Source: Botryllus schlosseri (Eukaryota). Taken from it: a stretch of 64,000 bases of DNA. Location: the NCBI GenBank assembly GCA_051294905.1, contig CM119378.1, positions 5,022,001 to 5,086,000 on the forward strand, in the 5' to 3' direction. Shown here piece after piece: positions 35,325 to 48,198 of the stretch; positions within the stretch are counted from its first letter, which is position 1; every line of letters starts with the position of its first letter. Under the pieces are notes generated by a model. The model ran no database searches. It was not told the origin of the DNA and saw nothing but the letters and a program-made list of their open reading frames with translations. A program made the translations under genes and the position numbers.

Positions 35325-38300
35325 ATGAAGCTGCAGATATTTTTGCTGATCATTGCCGTTATTGGAGTTTCGCTGGGTAAATTATGAATTCGCTGCAATA
35401 TGTCTAGCATTATATGAGCGTGGATAATTTAGTAAGAGCCTCTTGGAGGTACAGAACTTCAAATACAATTGAATAGTATAATCATATTGAAATGAACCAG
35501 AATATTCAATTGTATAATTTATGAAATGGATTAATTGGAAAATGTGGTGAAGTCGTAAATAGAATACGAGAATAATTAACCGTTTGGTTTTCAAATCGCA
35601 AATGTAATGCGAACTCGTTGTGTTTTCAGGCGACAATGACAAACTCGCCTTCTCGCTGAATCAGGATGGTTCATATTCCTTTGCTGCGGGCGGAAACCAT
35701 GCCTTCAATCTTACCAGTGGGGATGCCTTCCTTCAGTCCAATAAATTGCCTTACTCAGCGAAAGACGGAACCTTGAAACTACAAAGTGATTAGATTAATC
35801 AATAAATTTGGGACGGATCGTATTTGCAGTCCAAACTAGTGGTGTCTGTAGTTGTGATGACATACTAGACGTTAAAATATTTTCGTATGTATGCAACAGA
35901 CTTTTCAATTCTAGAAAATTCATTGCTGCCGTGTCCCTAGGTCAAACCGCATTGAAAGGGGAGGATGCCATGGGGGAATACGAAGGAAATTCTTACACCT
36001 ATTCGGCAGGCGCTGTCGCTGTGCACTACCAGGTGCTGGTGTATCAGGGTGGTCAATTTGCCCGATTCAGACAGGTATTGTTTGCGTTGTTGTTACTTGT
36101 TATTGTTATTATTATAGTACCGTACTCCATGGTGTTTCAACATCTGGTCATTTATGGTCAATTGGTCAACAGGTTGTTATGATTCTAGACCTGCCGACTT
36201 TTAGTATGACCTAGGTGAGGCTAGAACCGTCAACCCACTGCCGTTGCAGCAGACGTTACTCGCCACCAGTGTTTATTGGATTACTTATTTCCAATATACC
36301 CCATCGGACCACAGTGGCACAGAGAGTACAATTACGTCCTAGAAATGCATTTGAATTGGAGCCTTGAAAATAATTGTTCATTTACATTTCATGGAATACA
36401 TAAATATAAGCGACGTTCAAAATTTAGTATGGAGTACGTGTACAACTGCACAATTGCACATCTCAAACTGTCAAGATATGTCTGAGGGTGGTGTGAGCGC
36501 GAGGTTCACGTTCGCGTTCTGTGTGTGAACCTCTGAAATTTAGAGGTTCACGTTCACAAACGAACCTTGGTAGGTTCTGCACTGTGAACCTTTTTCATAA
36601 ATTACAATTTAACGCGTCAATATAACATCTTTGTTTGAAATTCTTTGCATTTCAACATCTGACCACTCTATGCATGGCCCTGGCAGCATCCAAAACCGAC
36701 ACTAAACCAGCATGAGCATGCACCTTGATAATCTTAAACAGTTTACTTGCTTTGTTACAAACGTTCGCTCGAGATATTCAGATTTCCGTTTGTGAATATT
36801 GAGTGACTACATGCTGTGAGCTTGACTCGCCATCACACAATATCACGAACGAAATATAGTCCGCGAATGATGCTTATTCAACCAATCAACGAAATTGATA
36901 TGAAGAATACATCGTTGTTTAAAGTAAAAATCTAGGCGGCTTCCTACGGGATCCATCTTGATTTGATATGTTTATCGGATCATAAAAACCAAATCCGTGT
37001 GTGGTGCGTGGTGTTGGCTAACTTGTTTATGGGGTTTACACTCTGTTCGTCGAAATTGTTGGCAGAGCGACGGAAGATATTGATTTTATGGGATTATTAT
37101 AGCATTTGCTTGCTCCAATTGATACATTTGGTGACGTTTAAAAAGTCAGCATGTACTTCAGCTTTGTGACATAATGGGGCCTGAGTCGACACTATAGGTA
37201 TCGCACACACTCAAATGTAGGGTTGCAATGAGCAGTATGACGTCACGTGACGTCATAGGTTCGCGTTCACACGAATCTGAACCTTTCAAAGGTTCACACC
37301 ATCCCTATACATTCGATATTTTATCGAATTGATCCATCCATACCTTTCCGTTGAGTTCATATCGCGTTCTTGCCGACATGTCGAGATATTAGCATGGTTG
37401 TTGTATTATTTTGCACATTAAAAAGAATCTAGGAAGATTCAGACCAATGTTCGAATATATAGGGTTATTAGGCTACTCCCGCATATGCCGTTGAGTCCTA
37501 TCTTTATTGTATCCCGGCATTTAGCATCTACGCAACAACGTCGACTAACTTCATTTCTTCGCCCAGGTGTTTCCAGAAGGGGTACGAAACTCGAACATGT
37601 CTAATCATGACGATGTTGTCTCAGCTTTTCCCAATTTTCGTACTGATCAAGGGACAAAAGATATCGGATATATGAACATGTTTGACAATATGTGCGGGTA
37701 TTCATACGTTATCGGCAAGTGAGATATATATTTAATTTGTTTTTCCAGCATACAGGAGAATACCAGAAAGTGACGCTAGAAAACAGCTATATTAGCAAAG
37801 CAAGCGATGATACATTTGGAATCGCCACTGAGCTTATATAAAGATCGTTAAACAACTGATTTGTATTCCAGTTTCAGCTCGGCGAAATTTCTGAGAGGTG
37901 GCCAAAGAGCGGGCCCGCTGGTTGCATTCGACAGCAAAGGAAACGTGATGATTTTATCAGCTTTCAGCAACTTTATGGCTCACAATATGCATTTCAACTT
38001 CACCACGTTACAAATGAACTTCGGAATCATGGGCGGAGTCACAAATATTCCAGTTAACTATGAAGTAAGCGGGTAACGAAATTTGAAAGTGGATTTTCAC
38101 GACGACTTTCAATTCAAAGTTATGTTTCGCAAGCTATACCAATCCATAATTTGGTACAGAACTTCAATATACAATAGAACAAAAAATTAATATTGAAATA
38201 TACCCGTCAGAGATAATCGTCAGTAACTAGTAGAGAATTGAAAACAGCATTGTATCAACAATCGTATCGCGAAACACGACGTTACCAGAATGAAACTTCG

Positions 38301-41300
38301 AATAATCGAGTCGAACAGGTGAATTAATGGCGAGAAATCAATTATATGGGCCTATTTTAAATGCCATTATTGAAGTCAGCAGAACAAACGGTAGGCCGAC
38401 CTACTTTTCTCATATATGGTATGGTTTCGTCGTAGAAAATTCCTAGCTGTGTTATTGGCCGGATTCATATTGAGCCCTTATTCACGCTTCTCATCTAGAT
38501 TGACACTATTCTTTACTTCGGAAGTAACGGCATCAATCCGGCGATCGAAGGTTGGGGTCATGTGCTGACGAAGAGGTTCGGAAAGACTCCCGAAGTCAGA
38601 GACAACGACTTCACGATACGATATCTCGGCTATTGGACTGATAATGGTAAGGTCTGGTTTATTACAGGAACACCAAATAAATGCATAAGCTTGATTTTAA
38701 TTGCGGTTTGTTTGTTTATTGCACACACACTTCGCGCTTATAGCCTTATGATTCGAGTCATTTGCGCCACGAGAATCACTAGGCTACTGTAACGTTCGTA
38801 GGTCTTCGGCTTTGTATGCTTTTCGGGCTACTTCCGGTCAAGGCTTCCTTCGCCATCGTTTTCTCTCGCTTCCATCAGTCCTTGTCGACGCATGTACCAA
38901 GCTCAAAACCCCGCCTACATTGTCCAATTTGCTGACTCAGCCACACGTATTTACCGCGCTCGCCGACTTCATTATCTCATGTGGCAAGCATAAAGGTTTT
39001 AAAATTGCCTTTAATTAATTATACCCTCAGTCTCATGGCGTAGAAAGCAAACATTAGATATATATACAATATACATGCATCTTTTTGCATAATACTTTAT
39101 TTATTTATACATTATATAGGACTATACGGTTTCTTAAATACTACTAAATTACTTCATCGTAACATATGACCATAGCGAAATAGTTCAATCCATCAGGATA
39201 GTCCGATAGTGTAATGGTGGAGCGTCGGGGTTAGTGATCGGTAGGTCGTGAGTTCGATCCCCGGCCGGGTCAGACACAAACGTGATAATAACACTGGTAT
39301 CCGTGACTTCCCCGCTTGGCGCTCAGCATTACAGGTATAGCATGGCGGTTAGAACAAGACTTAGAAAGGCTATTTCTGCGCCTTTCTTGTCCAGCAGCAT
39401 ATGTGTGTGTGTGTGAAAAACACGAGTCGGTGAGTATGCCGCAAAACATCAAGGACATAAATATACAGAGTTGTATTCCTATTCCTGTTTAGGAGCATTC
39501 TACTACTACCAAAAAGAACAAAATAAGACCTACGAAGACACAGTGTTAGACGTTGTGAAGTACGCGTCTTCTGCCGGAATACCGTATAGATATTTGCAAT
39601 ACGATTCTTGGTGGTACTACAAGGGTATAGGCTACGGAGTCAAGAACTGGACTGGGATGAATGATGTCTTTCCACACGGGATGGAGTGAGTGTCCCACGT
39701 TTTATCGTTACCGGTTTGCCTCAGTTATCTATAATTCACACAACAGCTTGACTTTGAAAAGTTATTCACGCTTCGATCACTATATTTATCCCAGGTATTT
39801 ATTCCAACAACACGGCCTCCCCGTTGCTGCCCACAATCGCTACTGGTCATCCAATACAGATTACGCGAAACAGAACGGCGGGAAATATAACTTTGTGGTG
39901 GAGACGTCCAAGGCAATTCCTAATGACGATGTAAGAAATAGGCCCTAGTATATACCCATTCACAGACCGAATGCCGTTGAATAAAATGAAGTCGAATTTG
40001 CAGCCAGCGGAGTTCTTTTTAATATATTAATTTCTAGAAATTTTGGGATGACCTTCTTCACAATTCCACTGCCTGGGGTCTCATCATGTACGAGCAGGAT
40101 TGGCTTGATCGCGAATTTGAATTGATGACGGTGAGTGAGCATTTAGCCTAAGTGTGTATAGACATAAGAGCATCCAAGAGCCAACATAATTGCATAAGGC
40201 ACTTCAACATTTGGATTAAAGTTAAGGTTGTGGTCGAAGCCCCCCCCCCCCCCCCCCCCCCGCTATTTGGATTATGCGTTTTTTTCAAGGATAATAACGT
40301 ATAAACATGGAAATACGTGTACCAAGCAACAATATAATTCCGTACAGGTGTGTCAATCATCATCAAATCTCTGCATTTGTTAGAAAAGTCCAGTATCCCG
40401 ATAATCATCACGTCTCTGCATGCGATAGAATTACTTTGTTTTGATGTAGTCTATCCTTGCACACATGCAATAACGGACATGGCCCAACCTTGCCGGGCTG
40501 AAAGATATGTAATAATAACAGTTTCTATAGGGGGGTCTGGGGGGCGGAGCCCATCAAAAGTTACGGTTGGATACTTAAAGAGGGCCCCCGGTAAGTCTCG
40601 CCCAGCCTCCCCCCACCCCACCCCCCTTCGTAGTGTCACCACTAGTTGTGGTTAAGTTAAGTTTAGATTTAGAGTTAGTTCAGTGTCAAAGTTAAGGTTA
40701 ATTTCGAGTTTAGTGTTGTGTTTATGGGGTTGCTTGTTGGATTATAAAGTCATTTGCTTAGGTGTCGCATGCTCAATAAATGCCGAACAATTATTCGAAT
40801 ATCGCTTGAGATGCAGATTGCAATTATATTATTCCTCATATAAGGCGACTCACACTGACATCAATCTCGGAAGAAACTGGCTGCTTCAAATGGGACACGG
40901 GGCAAGTGAACGCGGAATGACTGTTCAATACTGCATGGCTTTGTCGCGACACATGTTGCAAAGCGTGGAGATCCCGTCTGTAACGCAGGTTTGTCGCTAT
41001 TAGTGAATAGTCTCTCGCTGTTTAAAGCAGACTGATACAATTAGCTAATTCTGGTTGTCCATACTAAATAATGTAATCTAATTCTAATCTAATTTGTGAA
41101 ATGTTTTCATGCTCGGATTTCAATTCCAATATAATTTCTGGTTTCCTGAAAATGCTACAAGACCACTGTATAGTGCGTACCGAGCCAAGATTGATGCATA
41201 GATATTTGCCACTGTACTACTTATTGGAGCGAACTCTGTTTTGATAAGAACTGAACTTTGTTTTTGTTGTGATTTTTCCAAGTCGGAATTTCATTTAATT

Positions 41301-44300
41301 TGCAACACTTAGGAATTCAGTAATTCTAATTTGAATCTAGTTTGGAAAATCTGAAAATGTTCTCGTTGTCCAGCTCTGGTTTAGAGACTTGATTGAATCT
41401 TAAATATGAATTCTCAGGCTCGCGTAAGTCATGACTATCAGCCTGGCAACGATCAATGGAAGATCGGCGTTACGTCCATGTTCGCAAACGCCTTGCATTT
41501 GGCCCCGTTCAAAGACACGTTCTGGACGACTTCCCACCAGAACGGGAGCGAATACAATAACGACGAGAAATATCCTGCCTTGCAAGCTGCGGTAGCCACG
41601 TTGAGCACTGGACCAGTGGGTCCCAGCGACAGTATTGGTATGCAAAAGCGGGTAGACGCTAAGTTGGGGTAATCGTAATCTTATATATTCCCGCAATTAC
41701 GCAATCAATTGGTGATGCAATTGTGGATATGTTCTTTTTAATTCTCTACTAGTTGCTGACGATTGCCCCTGACGAGTGTTAGCCGAAAAGATTCGGGTTT
41801 ATTTACATATGAATGCAATATTCAATTGTATGTGTGCAATCAATTATGTTCAGAGGTGGTCAAAGACGTCAATGTTGCTATTCAAGTGTAAGTGGAAGTA
41901 ATGCGATTTTAAATAGTGTCAAAACTACTTCAAGCGGGGGTATTAATAAAAGGTTAACTCAAGTAATTACTCTCCAAAAGTAGATTTGATCGAGGATCCG
42001 CGTACTTTAGGGAGTAATGGGCGCTGTTTTCGAAATTGCAAGATAAACCTTTGAGAGAATTTAGCAGTAGCAATTTATGTGTTGGCTATTTCACGTGGTT
42101 CTTATGACCATTTCACACATTGAAGTGATACAGACATATCCCGAAATCCCCAAACTACTTTCTACTTTTCAAAATATAAATTGTAAAAGTAGGTCGGTTT
42201 GCCTTAAAACTGCCAAGTTCAAGTACCAGTTAAAGTAGTCTAGAACAAAACCATTCAAGAAGTTAAGACTACACGATTACTCCTAAAAAGTAGAAGTAGC
42301 CTACTCAGTTACAGACCACCTCTATACATGTGCTTCTCGTATACCAAGTTTAACAAGGTCCGTGGACATTGAGCATGCGACATAATAGCATTCGACAGAT
42401 GAGCATGTGAGTTAAATTGCAGGTTAGAGTTAGAATTACGATATATTAAGGGTAAATGTCTGGGCTATGGTTGGGGTCAGGGTTAGGGCTAGTTTAGGGG
42501 TTATAAAGTCACATGCTCAAGTGACGCGTGCCGAAGTGTCCATGCTCAACTGTCGTGTTTCATTGTGTCGCATGCTCGTGCTCATATGTTTAACAAAGGT
42601 GTATGTTAAGAAGTTCAGCTTCCTAACAACTTGACGTTTTCAGGCATGACATCAAACATCATTCACCGTTCATGTCGCTCCGATGGGTTGCTTCTTAAAC
42701 CTTCGAGACCTATAACAACTCTCGACGTGCATATCGTGAATAAAGCATTACCGTCGCTATTGACTCCAGGTACGTATAGGCTGGGTCAAATTGGCCTGCT
42801 TCAAACTTAGACCACACCTCCCCATAATCCACTTTGTATCGAATCATCATTGACACTGTGCATGAAACGTGACTTGGAGTGTGTATTTTGGCTCTATTTA
42901 TCAGTAGGGCTGGGCAAAATCGAGTACCTTGAGTGATTTGATTCTGAATCACGACTTTTTGCTTCGAGTCGAGTCGAATTTTCGAGTATCACTCATTATG
43001 ACGTAATAACAGTATGTAAGATGTTCAATGTCCATTGTCCATGTTCAAATTTGTACCTTTTATCCGTACACAAAGAATATAATGTCTTTTCTCCATCACA
43101 TTGAAGATAATTTTCTATTTTTTCGACCATACATTCATTGCGCTTTGTTACATGTTGTGGGTTGATCATGACTTCAGAAATATGTTATTCCAAGTAATGT
43201 TAGTAGCTCTGTACTATGTGTTTCGTATGCTGCGATACGGGCAATCAAGGTTTCAATTATTCCACAGTGGAAACTAGTATCGAAACTATAATTAACTTTC
43301 AGTGGCGTGGAGCGTATGGTTTCAGTACTCGAAAAAATCGTCTTTTACTACTCGAATCGAATCATTAGAATTAATACGCGATTCAGATTCGAGTACTCGA
43401 ATTATTCTGCCCAGCCCTATTGATCAGGATATTTATGAGACCCAGAAAGTATCCGATGCCTGTCAGCTAGTAACTTGCCTATACGGATCGTTGTTCTGCG
43501 GTATCCGCGCCCAATCAATTGGTATACGGTATTAATCCAGTTCTTATCATTTGTCCATTTGACTGACACCAATATGTTAAAACATGAATTTGATATTGTA
43601 GTCTCCTCAAGAAGACATAAATAATTACTATCGATATTTACCTTAATGGCGTAGCCTATAGTCCGTTGCAAAATTGATCATTTAACCTATGTTGTTGATG
43701 AAATTAGTTAGCGTGTGGCGCAAAAGACCTTTGTTGTTATTGCTATAAGCTCCATAACATTATTTTATTAATTATTAATAATAATATCAATAACAATAAT
43801 CCATGGTCTAGATTCGTGAGAGGTGAGAAATATTCCCCATATTTTAGCAATGAGGAACTGTGTCACCTCCGATTACGTAATTAGGTCATGTCGAGGCATC
43901 GAATCTGCTATAATTTGAATATTTTTTGAAACTGTAACGGCATGAAGAACCATGAAGAGGATAACGTATTGCTGAAGTTTGAAATTAAGCAATTATATCA
44001 AAATTCCTGGTCCGGATCCGATACCTTCAGAATATTGTTAGGATCTAATCCAATCCTGTTTCCAAAAGTCAATAATGCAATATTAAAAACCTGTACTTGT
44101 ACAATGTACAAGTATACATGTATGTATACTATACCCTCACCGATAAAACAAACTCCCCTACAGAAGGTATAGATATTAAGCTATAAATAAATATCCTCGC
44201 TTTGCCGCAGCATCTGCAAATCTCGAAGCAGAAGTCTTCACCACCTACTCCGATATCTCATACACAACTCACATCGGACGCCATGGCGTGATGCTAGTGA

Positions 44301-45257
44301 CTGACCTTACGACCGCTTTCCAAGCCGCTCCAGAAATGATGTACATGGATCCCCAGGTAGATACATGACAAGGGGCCTTTACCAGAGCTGCTACATACTT
44401 TAACGCACAAGTGTCCGAGCTTGCTTTATGTATGATATGTAAAGTATTGTTGAAAAATACTATCGTAAAGGATGCTACCAATTTTATAGGGAACCTATGT
44501 CGCGTATAATGGGTACCCTGGAAACGATCTGAATGCATACGAGATTGCAGCGATGAAATCACACCCCGTTCCTAAGTGTGGTCGATCGGACTTCCAGCTG
44601 TGGTATTTCTCCCCTATTATCACAGTGTAAGCCGATTACAATATCATTGTGTAATATGTTACATTATGAGATCAGCTCGTTAGGTTTATGGTCTGATTTA
44701 TGATTAATTTTTCGTCATTGTAGTGGCGGTAGAAGATTGGCGGTATTGGGAGAACGAGGGAAATGGGTTCCACTATCGACGCAACGCACCAAGAGCGTTG
44801 AAGTGACAGCAATCAACATAGTCGTACATGCTGAAGGCGTCCCAGGCGAGGTTCGTCAATCAAAATTAACCTTAGATGCTAACTATAGTTTGACTTACCA
44901 TTCATGTGTATGTCATATATCATGTCGCACGGATTTATTGCGGGTTAGGACGTAAGGGCTTATTGAGAAAGAGAGAGAGGGAGAGAGAGAGAGAGAAAGA
45001 AAGAGAGAGAGAGAGAGGGATGCTGAGCGCCTATTGGTTTGACACCATCCCGTGGCAGAACTACTAAATCACTCAATTCCAACATTGAAAGCTGAAGAAT
45101 CCTTGTTCTTGTCCTTTTTCAGAGCATACAGTTCGGATTCTATGACCCTTCGGACGAATACGATAACAAAGTAGCATTTGTGAACTGCAGCTTCGGAAAT
45201 TCGGGGAAGATACGATTGACCTACCCCTCTACATCGCAATCGTGCATACAGGAGTGA
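35325..45257 (+). CDS. Uncharacterised secreted glycoside-hydrolase-like protein (clan GH-D / GH27-GH36-like TIM barrel), 756 aa, 16 exons
   Basis: Exons 35325-35376, 35630-35785, 35941-36074, 37567-37697, 37872-38064, 38499-38646, 39493-39685, 39795-39930, 40038-40130, 40845-40988, 41418-41637, 42644-42769, 44211-44356, 44490-44626, 44724-44850, 45123-45257. All are GT-AG, total 2271 nt, open to TGA. Signal MKLQIFLLIIAVIGVSLG. Motifs YLGYWTDNG, YLQYDSWWY, HNRYW, YEQDW, ARVSHDY, STGPVGPSD, CRSDGLLLKPS. Gene model is strong; family assignment is from motif recall. Confidence 0.85.
36483..37307. mobile_element. Probable hAT MITE with GTTCACG/GAACC subterminal repeats (intron 3 of the GH gene)
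   Basis: Imperfect TIR (G/T)AGGG(A)TGGTGTGA; no clear TSD. Confidence 0.5.
39200..39465 (+). mobile_element. tRNA-derived SINE, copy 2 (intron 6 of the GH gene)
   Basis: A box TAGTGTAATGG and B box AGTTCGATCC; same body as 32865-33185. Confidence 0.8.
41040..41390. repeat. Dispersed repeat family (other copies at about 3340-3650 minus and 62765-63150 plus)
   Basis: Shared core ctgaaaatg(c/a)taca...gtgcg...agccaag and ttctaatct repeats. Confidence 0.65.
42905..43419. mobile_element. hAT MITE, TAGGGCTGGGCA family, copy 2 (intron 12 of the GH gene)
   Basis: TIR TAGGGCTGGGCA, TSD tttatcag/ttgatcag (7/8). Confidence 0.8.
44966..45017. repeat. (GA)n microsatellite
   Basis: Directly visible imperfect dinucleotide run. 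Confidence 0.95.
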
Positions 45258-47542
45258 TTGGCTGGAAATCAGAGTAATAAACTTGCAACAAACGATGAAC
45301 TGACTAAAGACGTTTTGCTACAACCTATAATCAAAAAGACAGTGGGATTACTGCAAAGCGGACACCAAAGAAGACGAATATATATGTTGAATTTAAATTG
45401 TTCGATTAGATCGAAACGACTATAAATTCTGTGACTAAGTATCTGCTGTGCTTCCGCGTTTGTGTCTGGTGATTGGGATAGGATTATAATGATATCCGCG
45501 CGTTGTCTTCTTTTATTGTGATGGGCACAAAACAATATATTTCTTACACAAAATGCAATGACATGAACGGGTCATCGTCGTCGTGGTACTGCAAACATAC
45601 AATACAATAAGGGTTTGTAGATTACCTTCCGGCTGCACTCGGCGGGTGTTACTCGAAAGTCGTGAGAAGGACCATATTACATACTCATGACATCGCTATT
45701 CTCTTTCTTCGAAATTCGGTGCGCAAACGATATCGCACGACTTTGATTCACAGCCGTAGCTAGAAACATATGGTTCATGCGAAACTGAACAGCTTGTTCA
45801 AGGAAAGAATGATGCATTACCACGAAGTGCCATCCCATATTAATTCTACGAAATTTATGTGGAAAGGAAGCAAGGTCTGGCGTATAATTAGTGAGTCAAA
45901 CCACATTTGCGAGGCTCGCATTCACAACAATGATTTTTAGACATTGCCATTCCTAGCACCACTGCAGAGCTTCAATGCTAGGGAGCGAATTTGTAGCATA
46001 TTTCATTCTATTTTGACAAAATATTCAACTGACAATTTCTCGCGCTTCGCGCGATTTACCTCTAGCTTACAATTATTGCTTCGAGTCCGAATATCTTGAG
46101 AAGTCTCACAACAGGCATACCCATAATATATGCGTTGGAAATGCCAACATCCTGGTTGATCTAATATTTTTCGGACATGAAGATAAGGGGTGCGTGAAAT
46201 TTTTCACCATCATCAAGATGGGGGATGTCTAAAAAATTTTGATAACCGCTGATCTAGGTCAAGGGAGATGTTCCATTTGAAAGAATTTTAAACATCGTTC
46301 GACAGATTCCTGTATCTTTTCATTCTATCGCAATCTTGTGGTGTTTCAACATGATAAGATTTCTAGACAATTGAACGAACAAAGATAAACAAATTATTAC
46401 ATTACCTTAAATTTACACTGTTACAATTAAATCTACAGTTTAAAATTCACGATTTACAGTTTAATTTTCCGAAACTCACAATATAATCATTTCCGACAAA
46501 TATCCCTCCTCTTCCCCCGCCGTTGCCGCCCTTACGGCGACAAAAAGACCCGACGAAAGAAAGCACTCACAAGGAATGGAAAGAACTAGTAGAAAGGGCC
46601 GCGGATTCAAAAAGATCAACATCGAAAAGAACTGTGACATCGGGCACTCTAGATGGATGTTAGAGTAAAGGATCGCTACTGATGCGTGTTGTTCAACATC
46701 CTCCTATCTGTTCATGACATCGCATTGTGTCTTATCGCATTACACATTGTGCGTGACTTGTTCAGATGAAAAATATAACCCAATATATAATTTATCTATA
46801 TATCCCATTGCCAGTTTAATGCACGTACTTGGCAATTCCATAAGATCCTACCAATATCTTGGTTCACAGAACAAAAAGTAACTTTTATTCTCTTTGTTAA
46901 AAAAGAGGTGCGAAGAGGTAGTCGGTTTGGATCATGCTATGCTCTGCTATCATAGTGCAAAATCACAATGCAAAATTCGAGGCGAGTTGTGGGAGGTTCC
47001 AGGACCATGAGCAAAATAAAATTTATATTTTCGTAATCAGTACAGCAGCAGCTCTCCATTGATACCCGTTTTATCGTATTTAGCGCTCGACAAGCCGGTC
47101 AAAAACTACCGTAAAGTTGCCTTTGACCAAATGGAAAGTTTGACGTAGACCAATTTCACTGAGCCGTGAGATTTGCTTGTGTCCACGCCATAGGACACTA
47201 TGATGCTATGCTACGCCATTTAATAATGATAATAATGATAATTGATCGATAAGTCACAACAATTTGACAAAATGGTGCAAGGTGTATTTCATAATAGCAT
47301 TGCCGCGCTGCATAGAATTAATCGAGTCTTTGCCGTATGTCTTGGTTGTTGGTGGCATATGGCACGATTCTCGATTCATGATCTGATTCGCTTATCACTG
47401 ATACGTATTCATTAGCATAATCACCTCTCTACGTACCAAGTATCCGGTAAGAAAGTATATAATCAAGTTAAGTTGCAGCATCGTACCTACCTTAACGTTA
47501 TAATAGATATCAAGAGTTGCTGAATAGTTCCTGGTAACAATC

Positions 47543-47993
47543 ATGAAATATTTGACTCTGATTTCACTGTTGATGATCACTCTAGTTCTCGCTGATTCTT
47601 CTCATGGCGGGTGGTGGCGCAGAAAAAGGGGATGCAGGGGTGGCCGATGTCCTGTTGGGAGACCGCGTGGCCAAAAAGTCAGAGTAAGAACGCAAAGAAT
47701 GATTCAAACTTTAACATTTTATTGAATAATTTTTTTTTTCTAGGATGTCGACTTCGGTAAGTGTATTTTCAAGTGTATTAGAAGTTATTAGATATTAGAA
47801 GATATTTGGTCCTTTTAAACTGTAGAGTGACACGGAGCATATTTTACAGACGAATTCGTATCTATGTTCGGCATGGACGCAGCTGGTAAGAGATTGATTT
47901 GAAATCAATTCTTCGTTAATTAGATGAAACACTTTCTTACAACATTCGGAATTAATTACAGAAGCAATGCTGCAAGAAATGAACACTGAATGA
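47543..47993 (+). CDS. Putative antimicrobial peptide precursor (signal + cationic peptide + anionic propeptide), 73 aa
   Basis: Exons 47543-47683, 47744-47756, 47850-47885, 47962-47993 with donors AGA|gtaaga, TCG|gtaagt, CTG|gtaaga. Product MKYLTLISLLMITLVLADSSHG-GWWRRKRGCRGGRCPVGRPRGQKVR-DVDFDEFVSMFGMDAAEAMLQEMNTE*. AATAAA at 48071-48076. Confidence 0.8.
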
Positions 47994-48156
47994 CTTCGTT
48001 GAAGATCGAAGATCACAAAAGACCGTTATCGAAAATATATTCAGATTCACCGTGACTGTTGAGTTACTCAAATAAAAACTCGAAATACTCAATTTTTGTA
48101 CTGAATTCAGCTGCATAGAACAAAGTAACCTAGGTATCAACGTGTAGCACAGAATA

Positions 48157-48157
<1 letters not shown>

Positions 48158-48197
<40 letters not shown>
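48158..48197. repeat. (CT)n microsatellite, about 165 bp downstream of the AMP-like gene stop
   Basis: Directly visible. Confidence 0.95.

Positions 48198-48198
<1 letters not shown>

Noticed and set aside
34636-35410. Alternative signal-peptide exons for lectin A (MCLILSKFLL..., MTSWHIYFML...)
   Set aside because: Their donors are weaker. The 34571-34514 exon has gtaagg, the right phase, and resembles paralog B's MGRYILV leader.
47684-47725. Unspliced C-terminus VRTQRMIQTLTFY of the 60-aa ORF
   Set aside because: It reads through a strong donor into a T-rich intron; the spliced form gives a coherent acidic propeptide.
47886-47923. Alternative acceptor giving DETLSYNIRN* for the AMP last exon
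   Set aside because: It needs a 38-nt intron. The acceptor at 47961 gives 76 nt and a more acidic tail. Not excluded without RNA data.
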